A stretch of DNA of 64,000 bases from an uncultured Chloroflexia bacterium (lineage in GTDB: Bacteria; Chloroflexota; Limnocylindria; Limnocylindrales; CSP1-4): NCBI GenBank assembly GCA_963748625.1, contig CAVVJT010000010.1:384001-448000 (forward strand), given 5' to 3'. Positions 38,987 to 48,909 of this stretch are shown one piece after another. Within the stretch, counting starts at the first letter, position 1. Each line of letters starts with the position of its first letter. Position numbers and translations under genes: made by a program. The notes under the pieces were generated by a model. That model worked only from the letters and a program-made list of their open reading frames with translations. It had not been told where the DNA came from and did no database searches.

Positions 38987-40240
38987 CTACTTGACCCGCG
39001 ACAGCCACCCCACACAGGCCGCCGTGACTGACACGACGCCCATCGCGACGCCGACGCCCACCCACCCGGCAACCGGCTCGATGACCGCGAACAGCGTGGG
39101 CCCCAGGACCATGCCCGCATTCTGGCCGAGCATCAGCGCGGCCATGCCGGCACCAGCCAGACGGGGCAGTGGCATCGCCTCGGGGACGGCGGCGAACAGG
39201 GCCGACGGCACAGCGCCCATCGACAGTCCCACCGCGAACAGCACGAGCGGCAGCATGGACTCGACGGTGAAGGGCAGCAGCACGAGGACGCCCATCAGGA
39301 CGCTGGCGATCGTGAACACGAGGCGCCGCGAACCGATCTTGTCCGAGATCAGCCCGGACCCGAATGAGCCAACGCCGGCACCGACGAGCACGAGGCTCGA
39401 CACGGCCGCCGCCATCGCCAGCTCGAAGCCGCGCTCGTCGACGAGGAATGTGGCGAGGAACGCGTTGACGCCGCCAGCCGCGGTGCTCGAGAGCCCGAAC
39501 ACCGCCGCAAGGATCCAGATCTCGCGCCCGCTGAGGCCGAGACGGAGGTCACCCAGGGCACCGCTCGTCCGACGCGTGCCACGCGCCTCCACGCGTGAGC
39601 CGGCACCCGCACTCTGACCCGCACCCGCACTCGGACCTCCACCGCGAACCACACCGAACACGACCACCCCGGCCACCGCAGCCACGGCGGCCGACAGCCA
39701 CCACGCTGCCGCCCAGCCCCAGGTCGATGCCAGCGCCGGCCCGATCAGGTACATGAGAATCCCGCCCACCGGCACCCAGGTCGCCCAGATGCCCATGGGC
39801 AGGCCCCGCCGCTCGTCCGGGAACGTGCCCGCCACCACGGCCGGTGCGGCCACGCCGACAAGCCCCACCCCGACGCCCTGGACGGCGCGCCCGGCGAGGA
39901 ACATCCCGAAGTCCGGGGCGACGACGCCCAGCAGGCTCCCCAGCACCACGCTGGCCATGGCCGCCACGATGGTGGCCCGAGCCCCGTACCGCACCAGCAG
40001 CAGCCCGGCCGGCAGAGCGAGCACCAGCCCCGTGATCGAGAACACGGACATCATCGAACTCGCCGCCGCCAGGTCGACGCCGAACGACTCGATGAGGAGC
40101 GGCATCAGCGGCGGTGCCGCGAACTGCGCCATGACCGCAGCGATGCTCGCGAGGTAGACCGCCCCCAGGACCAGCCACGGCGACGCCATGGGGCGCGAGA
40201 CCGGGATCGACTGGGCGATGGGTGCGGCGGCAGGTGACAT
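38987..40240 (-). CDS. MFS transporter
   Basis: About 12 TM helices; GRAVQGVG, FPDERRGLPMGIW, GLISDKIGSRR. Confidence 0.9.
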   Translation of the reverse strand: MSPAAAPIAQSIPVSRPMASPWLVLGAVYLASIAAVMAQFAAPPLMPLLIESFGVDLAAASSMMSVFSITGLVLALPAGLLLVRYGARATIVAAMASVVLGSLLGVVAPDFGMFLAGRAVQGVGVGLVGVAAPAVVAGTFPDERRGLPMGIWATWVPVGGILMYLIGPALASTWGWAAAWWLSAAVAAVAGVVVFGVVRGGGPSAGAGQSAGAGSRVEARGTRRTSGALGDLRLGLSGREIWILAAVFGLSSTAAGGVNAFLATFLVDERGFELAMAAAVSSLVLVGAGVGSFGSGLISDKIGSRRLVFTIASVLMGVLVLLPFTVESMLPLVLFAVGLSMGAVPSALFAAVPEAMPLPRLAGAGMAALMLGQNAGMVLGPTLFAVIEPVAGWVGVGVAMGVVSVTAACVGWLSRVK

Positions 40241-40317
40241 AGAAGCTCCGAACAGGAAGGGAGGCCCCCGCCCGGCGAGGAGCGGGAGCCTCCGGGGTTG
40301 CAGCGAAGATGAGCCCT

Positions 40318-41607
40318 CTAGCGGTACACCCCGAACTCCTTGGTGGCGTCGGCCCAGGCCTGGACGTTCTCCACGGAGCAGCCCTCGAGCTCGTTGACGT
40401 ACGTCGCCATGACGTAGCCGCCGCCCTTGCCCAAGGTCTCGCACAGCTCCTGGGTCTTCTCGCGGATCTCGGCGACGCTGCCGCCGCGGACCGTCGAGTT
40501 GGGCATGCCGCCGACGATGCACATGACCTCGCCGGCGGTCTCCTTGATCAGCTGCATGTTGCTGTTCTGGAACATGCCCACGGTCTTGCCCTTGGGCAGG
40601 CGCGCGAGGTACTCGACCCGCTTGTCCCAGATGCCCTCGTAGTAGACGACCGGCGTGATCCCCGCATCGATGAGCCGGAGCTGCATCTCCTCGAGCTGCG
40701 GCCAGTAGAACTTCTCGAACTGCTCGATGGACATGAACCCGTCCGACCCACGGTGGAGCGGGATGAACGTGTACGGGTTGCCCATCATCCGGCACGTGGC
40801 GATCGCGTTGTCCACTTGGAAGTCGAGGACCTTCTTCTCGGCGGCCAGCAGCTGGTCCGGCCGCTGGCGCAGGTCCAGGAAGATGCCGCGCATGCCGCGG
40901 AGCGTGTCCGACATGAAGTCGAACGGCGCCTCGGTCAGGGCGCCCAGCCAGGTGACGGGCGGCACGCCGACCGCGGCGAGCGCCTGGGCCTGCCCGACAG
41001 ACATCCCGATCCACTCGGCCTGGGCAGCCGCGGCCTTCTGCAAGGCCTCGAAGGCCTTCTGGACCGGCGGTGCCCCCAGGGCGGGCAGTCCGAGGATGAT
41101 GTTGTAGTAGCCGAAGAGGCTCATGCCGAGCGGCGGCAGGTACTGGAGGCCCTCGAGCTCGCTGAAGGCGCGCGGGAGGTACGTCCGGATCGCGAAGTCG
41201 CTCATGTCGTTCAGGAAGGCGTCGTAGTCCTCGGCCTTCATGAACTCGTGCTCGTCGAACTGGTAGGAGCTCGAATCCGGCAGCGACCAGCCCGGCCACT
41301 TCGTCATCCGGTCGCCCAGGATCGTGCTGGGCCGAGGATCGTGCCACGGGCCGAGGGTCTCATCGGGACCGAATCGGGCCGCAGCCTCCACGAGGACGCG
41401 GGTCTGAAGGTCCCAGTCGCGGTAGAGGTCGGCGTGGGAGACGCCCGCGAGCTCGGCCGAGAAGTAGCCGAGGCCCAGGGACATCGGCACGCGGTCCGGC
41501 TGGCCCATGGCGTACGCCGTCTTAATCCGGGTCGAGCGCTCGACGAGCAGCTCCGCAGGCGTCTTGGCGAGGTCGGGGTTCACCCAGCCGGTCATCGTGT
41601 CGGTCAT
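40318..41607 (-). CDS. Uroporphyrinogen-decarboxylase-fold protein, probable substrate:corrinoid methyltransferase
   Basis: QPDRVP, DTLRGMRGIFLDL, PLHRGSDGFMS..FEKFYWP, CIVGGMP, GGGYV, ENV; lies in a corrinoid operon. Confidence 0.8.
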   Translation of the reverse strand: MTDTMTGWVNPDLAKTPAELLVERSTRIKTAYAMGQPDRVPMSLGLGYFSAELAGVSHADLYRDWDLQTRVLVEAAARFGPDETLGPWHDPRPSTILGDRMTKWPGWSLPDSSSYQFDEHEFMKAEDYDAFLNDMSDFAIRTYLPRAFSELEGLQYLPPLGMSLFGYYNIILGLPALGAPPVQKAFEALQKAAAAQAEWIGMSVGQAQALAAVGVPPVTWLGALTEAPFDFMSDTLRGMRGIFLDLRQRPDQLLAAEKKVLDFQVDNAIATCRMMGNPYTFIPLHRGSDGFMSIEQFEKFYWPQLEEMQLRLIDAGITPVVYYEGIWDKRVEYLARLPKGKTVGMFQNSNMQLIKETAGEVMCIVGGMPNSTVRGGSVAEIREKTQELCETLGKGGGYVMATYVNELEGCSVENVQAWADATKEFGVYR

Positions 41608-41608
41608 C

Positions 41609-42247
41609 TCACGCCACCCCGGCCTTCGTCCAGCTCTTGGCAAGATTGACGGCGTCCATGGCGTTGAGCCCGAACGCGTCCGCCCCGGCGAACACGCGGA
41701 CCTGGTCGTCCACGGTCCCGCCGCCGATCATGATCTTGACGCCGTCGCGCACGCCGGCAGCCTCGAAGGCGGCCACGGTGTCGCGCATCGCGTCGTAGGA
41801 GAGGGTCAGGAAGCCCGACAGCGCGACCACGTCGGGCTTGTCGGCCTTGACTGCCTCGACGAACGTGTCGACCGGGACGTCCACGCCCAGGTCGCGGACC
41901 TCGAAGCCGTTGACCTCGAGCATGAAGTGCACGATGTCCTTGCCGATGTCGTGGATGTCGCCCTGCACGGTGCCAAGGAGGACCTTGCCCAGCTTGGGCG
42001 CGTCGCTCTCCGCCGTGAGGTGCGGCTTCACGATCTCGCTGATCTGCTTGAGCATCTCGCCTGCGAGGATCAGCTCGGGGACGAAGTACTCGCCCTTCTC
42101 GAACCGGTCGCCGACGATGGCCATGCCTTCCTTGCAGGCTTCGAGGATCTCGAGCGGCGACGTGCCGCCCTCGATCATCTCGGTCGCGAGGCTGATGGCC
42201 TGCTCGTCCTCCATCTCCGCGATGGCATCGATGAGCGCTTGTGCCAT
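41609..42247 (-). CDS. Corrinoid (B12-binding) protein
   Basis: Cap domain GMAIVGDRFEKGEYFVPEL; GDIHDIGKDIV..DLGVDVP..LSG..IGG. Confidence 0.95.
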   Translation of the reverse strand: MAQALIDAIAEMEDEQAISLATEMIEGGTSPLEILEACKEGMAIVGDRFEKGEYFVPELILAGEMLKQISEIVKPHLTAESDAPKLGKVLLGTVQGDIHDIGKDIVHFMLEVNGFEVRDLGVDVPVDTFVEAVKADKPDVVALSGFLTLSYDAMRDTVAAFEAAGVRDGVKIMIGGGTVDDQVRVFAGADAFGLNAMDAVNLAKSWTKAGVA

Positions 42248-42276
42248 GCGATCTCCTCCGTTGCCGGCCGCGCCGG

Positions 42277-43095
42277 CTACTTCGTGGCGGGTACAGGGCC
42301 GAGCAGCCCTGCCCGGAACGCGCGGGTGTAGGCAAGGCAGTGCCGGTCCTTGCCAAGGAGTAGCTCGGTCGCAAGCAGGGACGCCTTCAGCTCGCGATCG
42401 AGGGGGTCGAGGATCGCGCAGTCGAGTCCGGCCTCGACGGCGAGCGTGAGGTAGGTCCGGTTCACCAGCGCGCGGGATGGCAGGCCGAACGAGACGTTGG
42501 ACAGCCCGGACGTCATGTGGACGTCGGGGAACTCCGCCTTCACGCCGCGCATCGTCGCGAGGGCGATGTTGGCGCTCTGGACGTTGGTGGAGATGGTCAT
42601 GACGAGCGGGTCCACGTAGACCCTGCCGTCGGGGATGCCCGCCTCGCGGGTGAGGCTGATGAGGCGGCGGATCACGGTCATCCGGGCCTCGGTGCTGGCC
42701 GGGATCCCGTTGTCATCGAGGGCCAGGGCGACGACCTCACCACCGGCCGCCGCGGCCAGCGGCAGGACGCCGTCGATGCGGTGCTGCTCACCGCTGATGG
42801 AATTGACGAGCGGGGTCTTGGAGACCGCGCCGAGCGCCGCCCGCAGGGCCTTCGGGTTGGCCGTGTCGATCGAGAGCGGCAGATCCACGACGGACTGGAC
42901 GGTCTCGATGAGCCAGACAAGGTCCTCGGGCTCGCGCTCGGGACTGGTGCCCGCGTTGACATCGATCCACGTCGCGCCGGCTTCGGCCTGGCGACGCGCC
43001 AGGTCCTCGATGAACGCCTGGTCGCGACCGACGACGGCGGTCTGGACGGACTTGCGGGTGCCGTTGATCTTCTCGGCGATGACCTGGAATGCCAT
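42277..43095 (-). CDS. Methyltetrahydrofolate:corrinoid methyltransferase (AcsE/MeTr, pterin-binding)
   Basis: IAEKINGT, QAEAGA.WIDVNAG, LSIDT, VNSISGE, VDPLV, GLSNVSFGLP, AILDP. Confidence 0.9.
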   Translation of the reverse strand: MAFQVIAEKINGTRKSVQTAVVGRDQAFIEDLARRQAEAGATWIDVNAGTSPEREPEDLVWLIETVQSVVDLPLSIDTANPKALRAALGAVSKTPLVNSISGEQHRIDGVLPLAAAAGGEVVALALDDNGIPASTEARMTVIRRLISLTREAGIPDGRVYVDPLVMTISTNVQSANIALATMRGVKAEFPDVHMTSGLSNVSFGLPSRALVNRTYLTLAVEAGLDCAILDPLDRELKASLLATELLLGKDRHCLAYTRAFRAGLLGPVPATK

Positions 43096-43103
43096 GGGCT
43101 GCC

Positions 43104-45011
43104 TCAGTCCTCAGTGGAGATGGAGCGGGGGAAGAGCATCGAGTTCGCGAACCGGCGCTGGAACCCGGGGTAGGTGGTGAGCTCCACGTAGCCCGCCTCG
43201 TGGGCGATGTCGCGGGCGCGCGCCCGCTCCCGGAGCGAGATGAGCGCGGCCTTGGCACCGGTGCCGGCGGCGTTGCCGACCTGGACGTAGGCGGCGTTGG
43301 GGAGCCTGGGCAGGAGCCCGATGGCGATGGCGTTGTCGAGGTCGAGATAGCTCCCGAAGGCGCCGGCGACCACGACCTCGTCCACCGACGCCGGATCGGT
43401 CCCGGTGGCGTCGAGCAGGATCGAGATGCCGCACTCGATGGCGCCCTTGGCCAGCTGGATCTCGTTGATGTCGCCCTGGGTGATGGCCACGTCGCGCCCG
43501 ATGCCGTTGGTCGCGGCCGGTGCGAGGACGTACTCGAGCCCCTTCTCGCTGCGGCGCACGCCCTCTGTGTCGGCCTGGAGCCGGCCCCGGAAGTCGATGC
43601 GGCCAGTGCGGTACAGCTCGGCGACGGCGTCCACGATCCCCGACCCGCAGATGCCCACGGCGGGTGCTCCGCCGATGGTGTCGATCTCGGGCCCGCGGTC
43701 GTCCTCGAACATGCGCACGCGCTCGATGGCGCCCGTAGCCGCCCGCATGCCGTCACGGATATGGGCGCCCTCGAAGGCGGGGCCGGAGGCGCAGGAGGTG
43801 GACGCGAGGTGGCCCATCGAGGGGCGGCGCAGGACGATCTCGGTGTTGGTGCCGATGTCCACGCCCACCTTGACCGCGTCCACCTTGTCCAGGTCCGCAC
43901 CCAGGATCATCGCCACGTGGTCTGCGCCCACGAACCCGCCGACATTGGGGAGCACGTGGATGCGCGCGTCGGGCGCCAGGTGCAGGCCCAGGTCCCGGGA
44001 GCGCACGTCCATCGGTGACGAGGTGGACGCCACGAACGGTGCCTGGCTCAACTGACGCCCGGGGAGGCCCAGCAGCAGGTGGTGCATGGCGGTATTGCCC
44101 ACGATGCAGCCTTCGGCGACCTGGTCGCGCTCGACACCGGCGGCCTCACACATGGAGCCGACGAGCTGGTCCAGGCCCTCGCGGACCACGCGGGCCATCG
44201 TGTCCGAGCCGTTGGGCTGGCGGACGGCGTAGGCGAGGCGGCTGATGACATCCTCGCCGTAGGCGATCTGGGGGTTCATCAGCCCCTCGCTCACCAGCTC
44301 CTCGCCGGTCTCGAGGTCGATCAGGTAGCCCGCGATCTTGGTCGTGCCGAGGTCCACCGCGAGGCCGACCGCGTGCAGGCCGGGCTCAAGCACCCCGACG
44401 ACCTCTGCGCCACGCACGAGGAGGGTGACCTCCCAGCCGGTGCGCCGGACGAGGCCGGTGAGCTGGGCCAGCACCACCGGGTCCGCGTGCAGGCGCCGGA
44501 GGCCGTGGGCGACGGTGGCGGCGGCGAGGATGCGGTCGAAGTCGGAGCGGGCATCGCGCAGGCTGGGGGGCTCCGCGTGGACGCGGTAGACGCGCACGGC
44601 GGGGTCCACCGCGATGATCCGGTGCGGCCCGGTGACCTGGAGCCGCTGGTCGGTGATGAGCGAGGCCTTGGGGACGTGCACCTTGATGGCACTGGTCACG
44701 GGGACACGGCAGGCCAGCCGCTCGCCGTGGGCGATCTCGGACCGGCTGAGCGCGCGCCGGTCGGCATCGGATGGCGTGGGCAGGTCACCCTCCATCACGA
44801 CGACACGGCACCGGCCGCAGGTCCCGTCGCCGCCGCACACGGAAGCGAGGCCGATGCCCGCGTCCCGTGCGGCGTCCAGGAGGAGCGACCCCGGCTCCAC
44901 CTGCACCCGGCGACCCGCAGGCTGGAAGTCGACCTCGAAGGTCACCGACGCCGGGGCCGGTCCGCGGGAGGGCTCAGGCGCGCCCGAATCAGGCACGCTC
45001 GAATCAGCCAC
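43104..45011 (-). CDS. Reductive activator of corrinoid proteins (RACE/RamA-like, 2Fe-2S plus ASKHA/DUF4445)
   Basis: CGGDGTCGRC..RLAC; VDLGTTKI; NPQIAYGEDVISR; DIGTNTE; GPAFEG; GICGSG; QLAKGAI; AGAFG. Confidence 0.92.
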   Translation of the reverse strand: MADSSVPDSGAPEPSRGPAPASVTFEVDFQPAGRRVQVEPGSLLLDAARDAGIGLASVCGGDGTCGRCRVVVMEGDLPTPSDADRRALSRSEIAHGERLACRVPVTSAIKVHVPKASLITDQRLQVTGPHRIIAVDPAVRVYRVHAEPPSLRDARSDFDRILAAATVAHGLRRLHADPVVLAQLTGLVRRTGWEVTLLVRGAEVVGVLEPGLHAVGLAVDLGTTKIAGYLIDLETGEELVSEGLMNPQIAYGEDVISRLAYAVRQPNGSDTMARVVREGLDQLVGSMCEAAGVERDQVAEGCIVGNTAMHHLLLGLPGRQLSQAPFVASTSSPMDVRSRDLGLHLAPDARIHVLPNVGGFVGADHVAMILGADLDKVDAVKVGVDIGTNTEIVLRRPSMGHLASTSCASGPAFEGAHIRDGMRAATGAIERVRMFEDDRGPEIDTIGGAPAVGICGSGIVDAVAELYRTGRIDFRGRLQADTEGVRRSEKGLEYVLAPAATNGIGRDVAITQGDINEIQLAKGAIECGISILLDATGTDPASVDEVVVAGAFGSYLDLDNAIAIGLLPRLPNAAYVQVGNAAGTGAKAALISLRERARARDIAHEAGYVELTTYPGFQRRFANSMLFPRSISTED

Positions 45012-45750
45012 GCCCGAAGCCGGGCAGCTGCGGTGCGGGCGTGCGGCCGTCGCGCACGAACATCTGGTACGTGACCTCGACGCCCGGCTCCACCACGACG
45101 CACTCCTCGTCCCACGGCCCGAAGAGGAGCTTCTCCACCAGCGTGGGGGTGCCCTTGATCTCCTCGTACCGGAGCTCGAAGTGGCGGGCGTTCTCCTTGG
45201 CGAACTCCCGGTAGTGCTCCAGCTCGTAGGCGCCGGTGTCGATGAAGGCGATCCGTGTGTAGTTCTTGAGCATCAGCTTCATGATGCGATCGGCCTTGGC
45301 CTCGCCGTACTTGCCCACCAGGTCCATCTGCGAGTCGAGCGGGCTGTCCTTCGCCTCGATCCAGCCCTTGGTCAGGAAGTAGGTGCCGGGCTCCGCTGCG
45401 TGCTGGGCCTCGTACTCGTCGCGCGAGCCCAGGAAGATCGCGATGCAGTCGTCCACCCGCGGGATGACGAGGCGGGCGCTCTTCGACGTGAGGCCGACCA
45501 CGCCCTGGGAGCACAGGCCATAGCCGAGCAGGATGGTCTCGAACCCCTCCGACCGGTCGATGACCTCCTGAAGGGCCGCCGTCAGCCCGCCGGGACGGAA
45601 GTGGAGGCCGAAGTCCATGACCTCGCGGACCATCTCGTCCGGCATCCGCGGCGCCATCTCCTCGATCACCGTGGCGCAGGCGATGACCTTCACGCGGGCG
45701 GGGTCGTACGGGAAGGTGCGGGCGGGCGGCAGGGGTTCGGATCCAGTCAA
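45004..45750 (-). CDS. DUF1638 domain protein
   Basis: KVIACA..GLH..P..LLGYGLC..PRVDDCIAIFLG..GTYFLTKGW..YTRIAFIDTG. Confidence 0.88.
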   Translation of the reverse strand: MTGSEPLPPARTFPYDPARVKVIACATVIEEMAPRMPDEMVREVMDFGLHFRPGGLTAALQEVIDRSEGFETILLGYGLCSQGVVGLTSKSARLVIPRVDDCIAIFLGSRDEYEAQHAAEPGTYFLTKGWIEAKDSPLDSQMDLVGKYGEAKADRIMKLMLKNYTRIAFIDTGAYELEHYREFAKENARHFELRYEEIKGTPTLVEKLLFGPWDEECVVVEPGVEVTYQMFVRDGRTPAPQLPGFGRG

Positions 45751-45778
45751 TGGAGCTCCTGGGTGACGGACCGGTCGC

Positions 45779-45803
45779 GATTGCGATATATAAACATTGC
45801 AAT
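45779..45803. promoter_or_regulatory. AT-rich divergent promoter, candidate HutC/GntR-type operator
   Basis: gattgcgatatataaacattgcaat is the main AT-rich patch between the divergent operons. Confidence 0.4.
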
Positions 45804-45913
45804 GGCCTGGCGGAGTGGGACGAGACGCCCTGAATCGAGGGGCCGTTCGGCCTCCCCGCTCCCCTGGCCGAGCCGCGAAGGTTGCAGACGACCACGAGGA
45901 GGCAGAGGTGGCG

Positions 45914-46741
45914 ATGCTGGGCGAGGAGCGGGCGGGCGGACCGGGGCGTGCCGCCGGCGCAGGCTCCGTGCGCCGGATCGATCGCGAATCGTTCGAGCCC
46001 GCCTATTCGCAGCTCGCCGACATCCTCCGCCAGCGGATCGAGGAGGGCGAGTTCCACGCCGGCGACCGGCTCCCCACCGAGGCGGAGCTGATGCGCACCT
46101 ACGGGCTGTCGCCGGTGACGGTGCGGCGTGCGATCAAGATCCTGGTCGACGAGCGGGCGGTCACCGCGACCCCGGGCCGCGGCACGTTCGTGGAGGCGGC
46201 CTCGATCGCCACCGCGACCTTCGACCTGGGCTCGTTCCGGGCGATCCTGGCCGATCCGAGGGTCAAGGTCCGGATGCTCGCGGTCCGGGTTCGGCCCGCG
46301 TCGGGGCGGGTCGCCCGCATGCTGGAGCTGGACGAGGGTGACCGGGTGGTGTCGATCCGGCGGGTCCTGCACCGGGACGGCCAGCCGGTGATGTTCCACC
46401 GGGAGTCGCTCACGTACGACCCGCGGCGCCCGGTGATCGAGACCGAGCTCGGGGTGACCGCACTGCGCGACCTGTTCGAGGGCAACGGCCAGGTGGGTCC
46501 CAAGCGGGGCCGCCTCACGCTGCTGGCCACGACCCTGCGCGATGAGGAGGCGCAGCACCTGCGGGCGACCGTGGGCGAGGCCGCCTTCCTCCTGGAGCAC
46601 CACTTCTTCGGCTTCGACGATCGGCCGCTCTCGTGGGGCGTGTTCGTGTGCCGGGCGGGGCTGCTGACCTTCGAGACCACCGTCGGCTTCGACTCCCGGA
46701 GCACGACGCCAGGCCCGGCGACCCGGGAGGAGATGGCGTGA
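45914..46741 (+). CDS. GntR family regulator (HutC/UTRA subfamily)
   Basis: PAYSQLADILRQRIEEGEF..RLPTEAEL..VTVRRA..GRGTFV, followed by a UTRA-like domain. Confidence 0.9.
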   Translation: MLGEERAGGPGRAAGAGSVRRIDRESFEPAYSQLADILRQRIEEGEFHAGDRLPTEAELMRTYGLSPVTVRRAIKILVDERAVTATPGRGTFVEAASIATATFDLGSFRAILADPRVKVRMLAVRVRPASGRVARMLELDEGDRVVSIRRVLHRDGQPVMFHRESLTYDPRRPVIETELGVTALRDLFEGNGQVGPKRGRLTLLATTLRDEEAQHLRATVGEAAFLLEHHFFGFDDRPLSWGVFVCRAGLLTFETTVGFDSRSTTPGPATREEMA

Positions 46742-47406
46742 CGGAGACGCTGGAGACCCTGATCGCGGATCTCGAGGAGGAGCGGGCGATCGCCCTTGTG
46801 CGCCGGCGGCTGGCCGCGGGCGAGGATCCCGGGGCGATCATCGAGGACTGCCAGCGCGGGCTTGCGGTCGTCGGGGACCGCTATCGCGAGGGCACCTACT
46901 TCATCGCGGGCCTGATCATGGCGGGCGAGATCTTCCGCGAGGTGATGGAGATCCTGGAGCCGCTGGTCGGACCGGCGGCGACGCGTCCGCGGGAGGGATC
47001 CGGGCCGACGGCCGGGCGGGTGCTGGTGTGCACGGTCCAGGGCGACATCCACGACCTGGGCAAGAACCTCCTCGTGATGCTGCTGCGGGCGATGAACTTC
47101 GAGGTGGTGGACCTCGGGGTCGACGTGCCGCCCGAGGACGTCGTGCGCGCCGCGGCCGAGCTCCAGCCCGACGTGATCGGCCTGTCCGGGATGCTGCTCA
47201 CCTCGTTTCCGACCATGCGCGAGACGATCGCCGCGCTGCGTGAGGCGTTCGGGGACGGGCCAGATGCGCCCGGGATCATCGTGGGCGGCGGGCAGATGAC
47301 GGAGGGGACGGCCGCCTGGGTGGGCGCCGACCGCTGGAGCGACAACGCCGGGACGGCGATCCCCGAGATCGCGTCGCTGGTGGAGCGCAACCGTCCCGAC
47401 GAGTAA
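46738..47406 (+). CDS. Second corrinoid (B12-binding) protein
   Basis: GDIHDLGKNL..DLGVDVP..GLSG..VGGG; GTGA overlap with gntR. Confidence 0.92.
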   Translation: MTETLETLIADLEEERAIALVRRRLAAGEDPGAIIEDCQRGLAVVGDRYREGTYFIAGLIMAGEIFREVMEILEPLVGPAATRPREGSGPTAGRVLVCTVQGDIHDLGKNLLVMLLRAMNFEVVDLGVDVPPEDVVRAAAELQPDVIGLSGMLLTSFPTMRETIAALREAFGDGPDAPGIIVGGGQMTEGTAAWVGADRWSDNAGTAIPEIASLVERNRPDE

Positions 47407-47465
47407 GGCCGCTTCCGGCGCCCGGACTCGCTGAGTCGCGCTGGACTCAAGTCCGCATCGGCCTC

Positions 47466-47876
47466 CTAGAGCTTGCGGTCCGACTCGCCCGTCGCGTCGA
47501 ACGAGGCGTGCATCATGCCGAGGGACGGATCCGGGCCCTTGAAGCCCACGAGGTACTCCAGGCGGATCGGCGCGAACGCCTCGTAGAACAGCACGTCCTC
47601 GTCGCCCAGCTGGCGGAACGCGTGAATCCAGTTGCCCGGGATGACGAGCAACGAGCCGGGCCCCACCTCCTTCTCCTCACCCTCGACCTTCGCCCACAGG
47701 CGCCCCGAGACCACGAGCATGATCTGCTCGGCCTCGTGCTTGTGCTCGGGGATGACCACGCCGCCTCGGTAGACGATGCGGGTCATCATGACCTTCTCGC
47801 CCGACACGGTCTGGCGGTAGACGCCCTTGACGTACTCGACCGTCGGGAACTCGTCCCAGGTGGTGATCTGGCTCAT
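47466..47876 (-). CDS. Cupin domain protein
   Basis: PEHKHEAEQ..VSG..IPGNWIH. Confidence 0.88.
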   Translation of the reverse strand: MSQITTWDEFPTVEYVKGVYRQTVSGEKVMMTRIVYRGGVVIPEHKHEAEQIMLVVSGRLWAKVEGEEKEVGPGSLLVIPGNWIHAFRQLGDEDVLFYEAFAPIRLEYLVGFKGPDPSLGMMHASFDATGESDRKL

Positions 47877-48907
47877 TCGGCGATCTCCTCGGACTCGGTG
47901 AGCGGGGCCGCAGCGAGCGCGTCCAGCCCGCGCAGGATCTTCTCGGGGGTGACGGGCAGCGAGTCCACGCGCACGCCGGTGGCGTGGTAGATGGCATTGA
48001 CGATGGCCGGGATCGGTGAGTTGGCGGTCATCTCGCCCACGCCCTTGACCCCATACGGGCCGTTGGCCGAGGGCACCTCCAGCACAACCGACTCGATCAC
48101 GGGCAGGTCTGCCGGACCCGGCATGAGGTAGCCCGCGTAGTCCTTGGGCGAGTGGTCGCGCGAGGGGTAGTAGGGCTCCGTCGTCTCGTACAGCGCGTGG
48201 CTCATGCCCATCCATGCGCCGCCGTGGATCTGACCCTGGACGAGCGCCGGGTTGACCATCCGGCCCACCTCGTACGCCGAGCGGATGGAGAGGACGGTGA
48301 CCACCCCGGTGTCGGTGTCCACCTCAACCTCGGCGACCGTGCAGGCGTAGGCCTGGGTCGAATCGGGGTCCATCGCGCCCGTCTCCGGGTCGACGGTTGA
48401 CTTCGGCTTCATCCAGGCGCCGCGGCCGGCGATGGTGCGCCCGTACTGGAACTGGGCGCGCGACGCAAGGTCTGCGATCCCGAGGCGCTTGGCAGGCGAT
48501 CCCGCGACGAAGACGAAGCCTTCCCCGTCGAGCACGAGATCGTTGACGCTGACCTCCAGCTCCTCCGATGCGAGCGCCAGGACCGAATCCCGCGCCTCGA
48601 TCGCGGCCGCCTTGACGGCATTGCCCACGCGGTGGGTCGCCCGCGAGGCGAAGGTGCCCATGTCGTGGGGGCCGGTGTCGGTGTCGGCGGTCTGGACCAC
48701 GATCTGGTCGTAGGGCACGCCGAGGGTCTCGGCGGCGATCTGGGCCATCACGGTCCGCAGCCCCTGGCCGAGGTCCGTGGCGGCGAGCACCACGTTGAAC
48801 GAGCCCGACGTGGTGGCGTGGATCAGGGCCTGGGACGGGTCGCCGCCCAGGTTCATGCCCGTGGGGTAGTTGACGGCGGCCATGCCGGTCCCGCGCAGCT
48901 TCGCCAT
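47873..48907 (-). CDS. Xanthine dehydrogenase family molybdopterin-binding subunit, C-terminal part
   Basis: DLGQG, GTFASRAT, EVEVDTDTG, GQIHGG, GPYGVKGVGE; has its own RBS (GGAGG). Confidence 0.9.
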   Translation of the reverse strand: MAKLRGTGMAAVNYPTGMNLGGDPSQALIHATTSGSFNVVLAATDLGQGLRTVMAQIAAETLGVPYDQIVVQTADTDTGPHDMGTFASRATHRVGNAVKAAAIEARDSVLALASEELEVSVNDLVLDGEGFVFVAGSPAKRLGIADLASRAQFQYGRTIAGRGAWMKPKSTVDPETGAMDPDSTQAYACTVAEVEVDTDTGVVTVLSIRSAYEVGRMVNPALVQGQIHGGAWMGMSHALYETTEPYYPSRDHSPKDYAGYLMPGPADLPVIESVVLEVPSANGPYGVKGVGEMTANSPIPAIVNAIYHATGVRVDSLPVTPEKILRGLDALAAAPLTESEEIAE

Positions 48908-48909
48908 GG

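Noticed and set aside
38987-41347. 786-aa MFS fusion ORF
   Set aside because: The N-terminal extension overlaps the UroD-fold gene in another frame; the real start is near 40240.
42277-45011. Wood-Ljungdahl acs cluster
   Set aside because: No acsA/B/C/D in the window; the context fits a stand-alone demethylase system.
45750-45914. Cobalamin riboswitch ahead of the corrinoid genes
   Set aside because: No B12-box or other conserved core was recognisable, and the gap is short.
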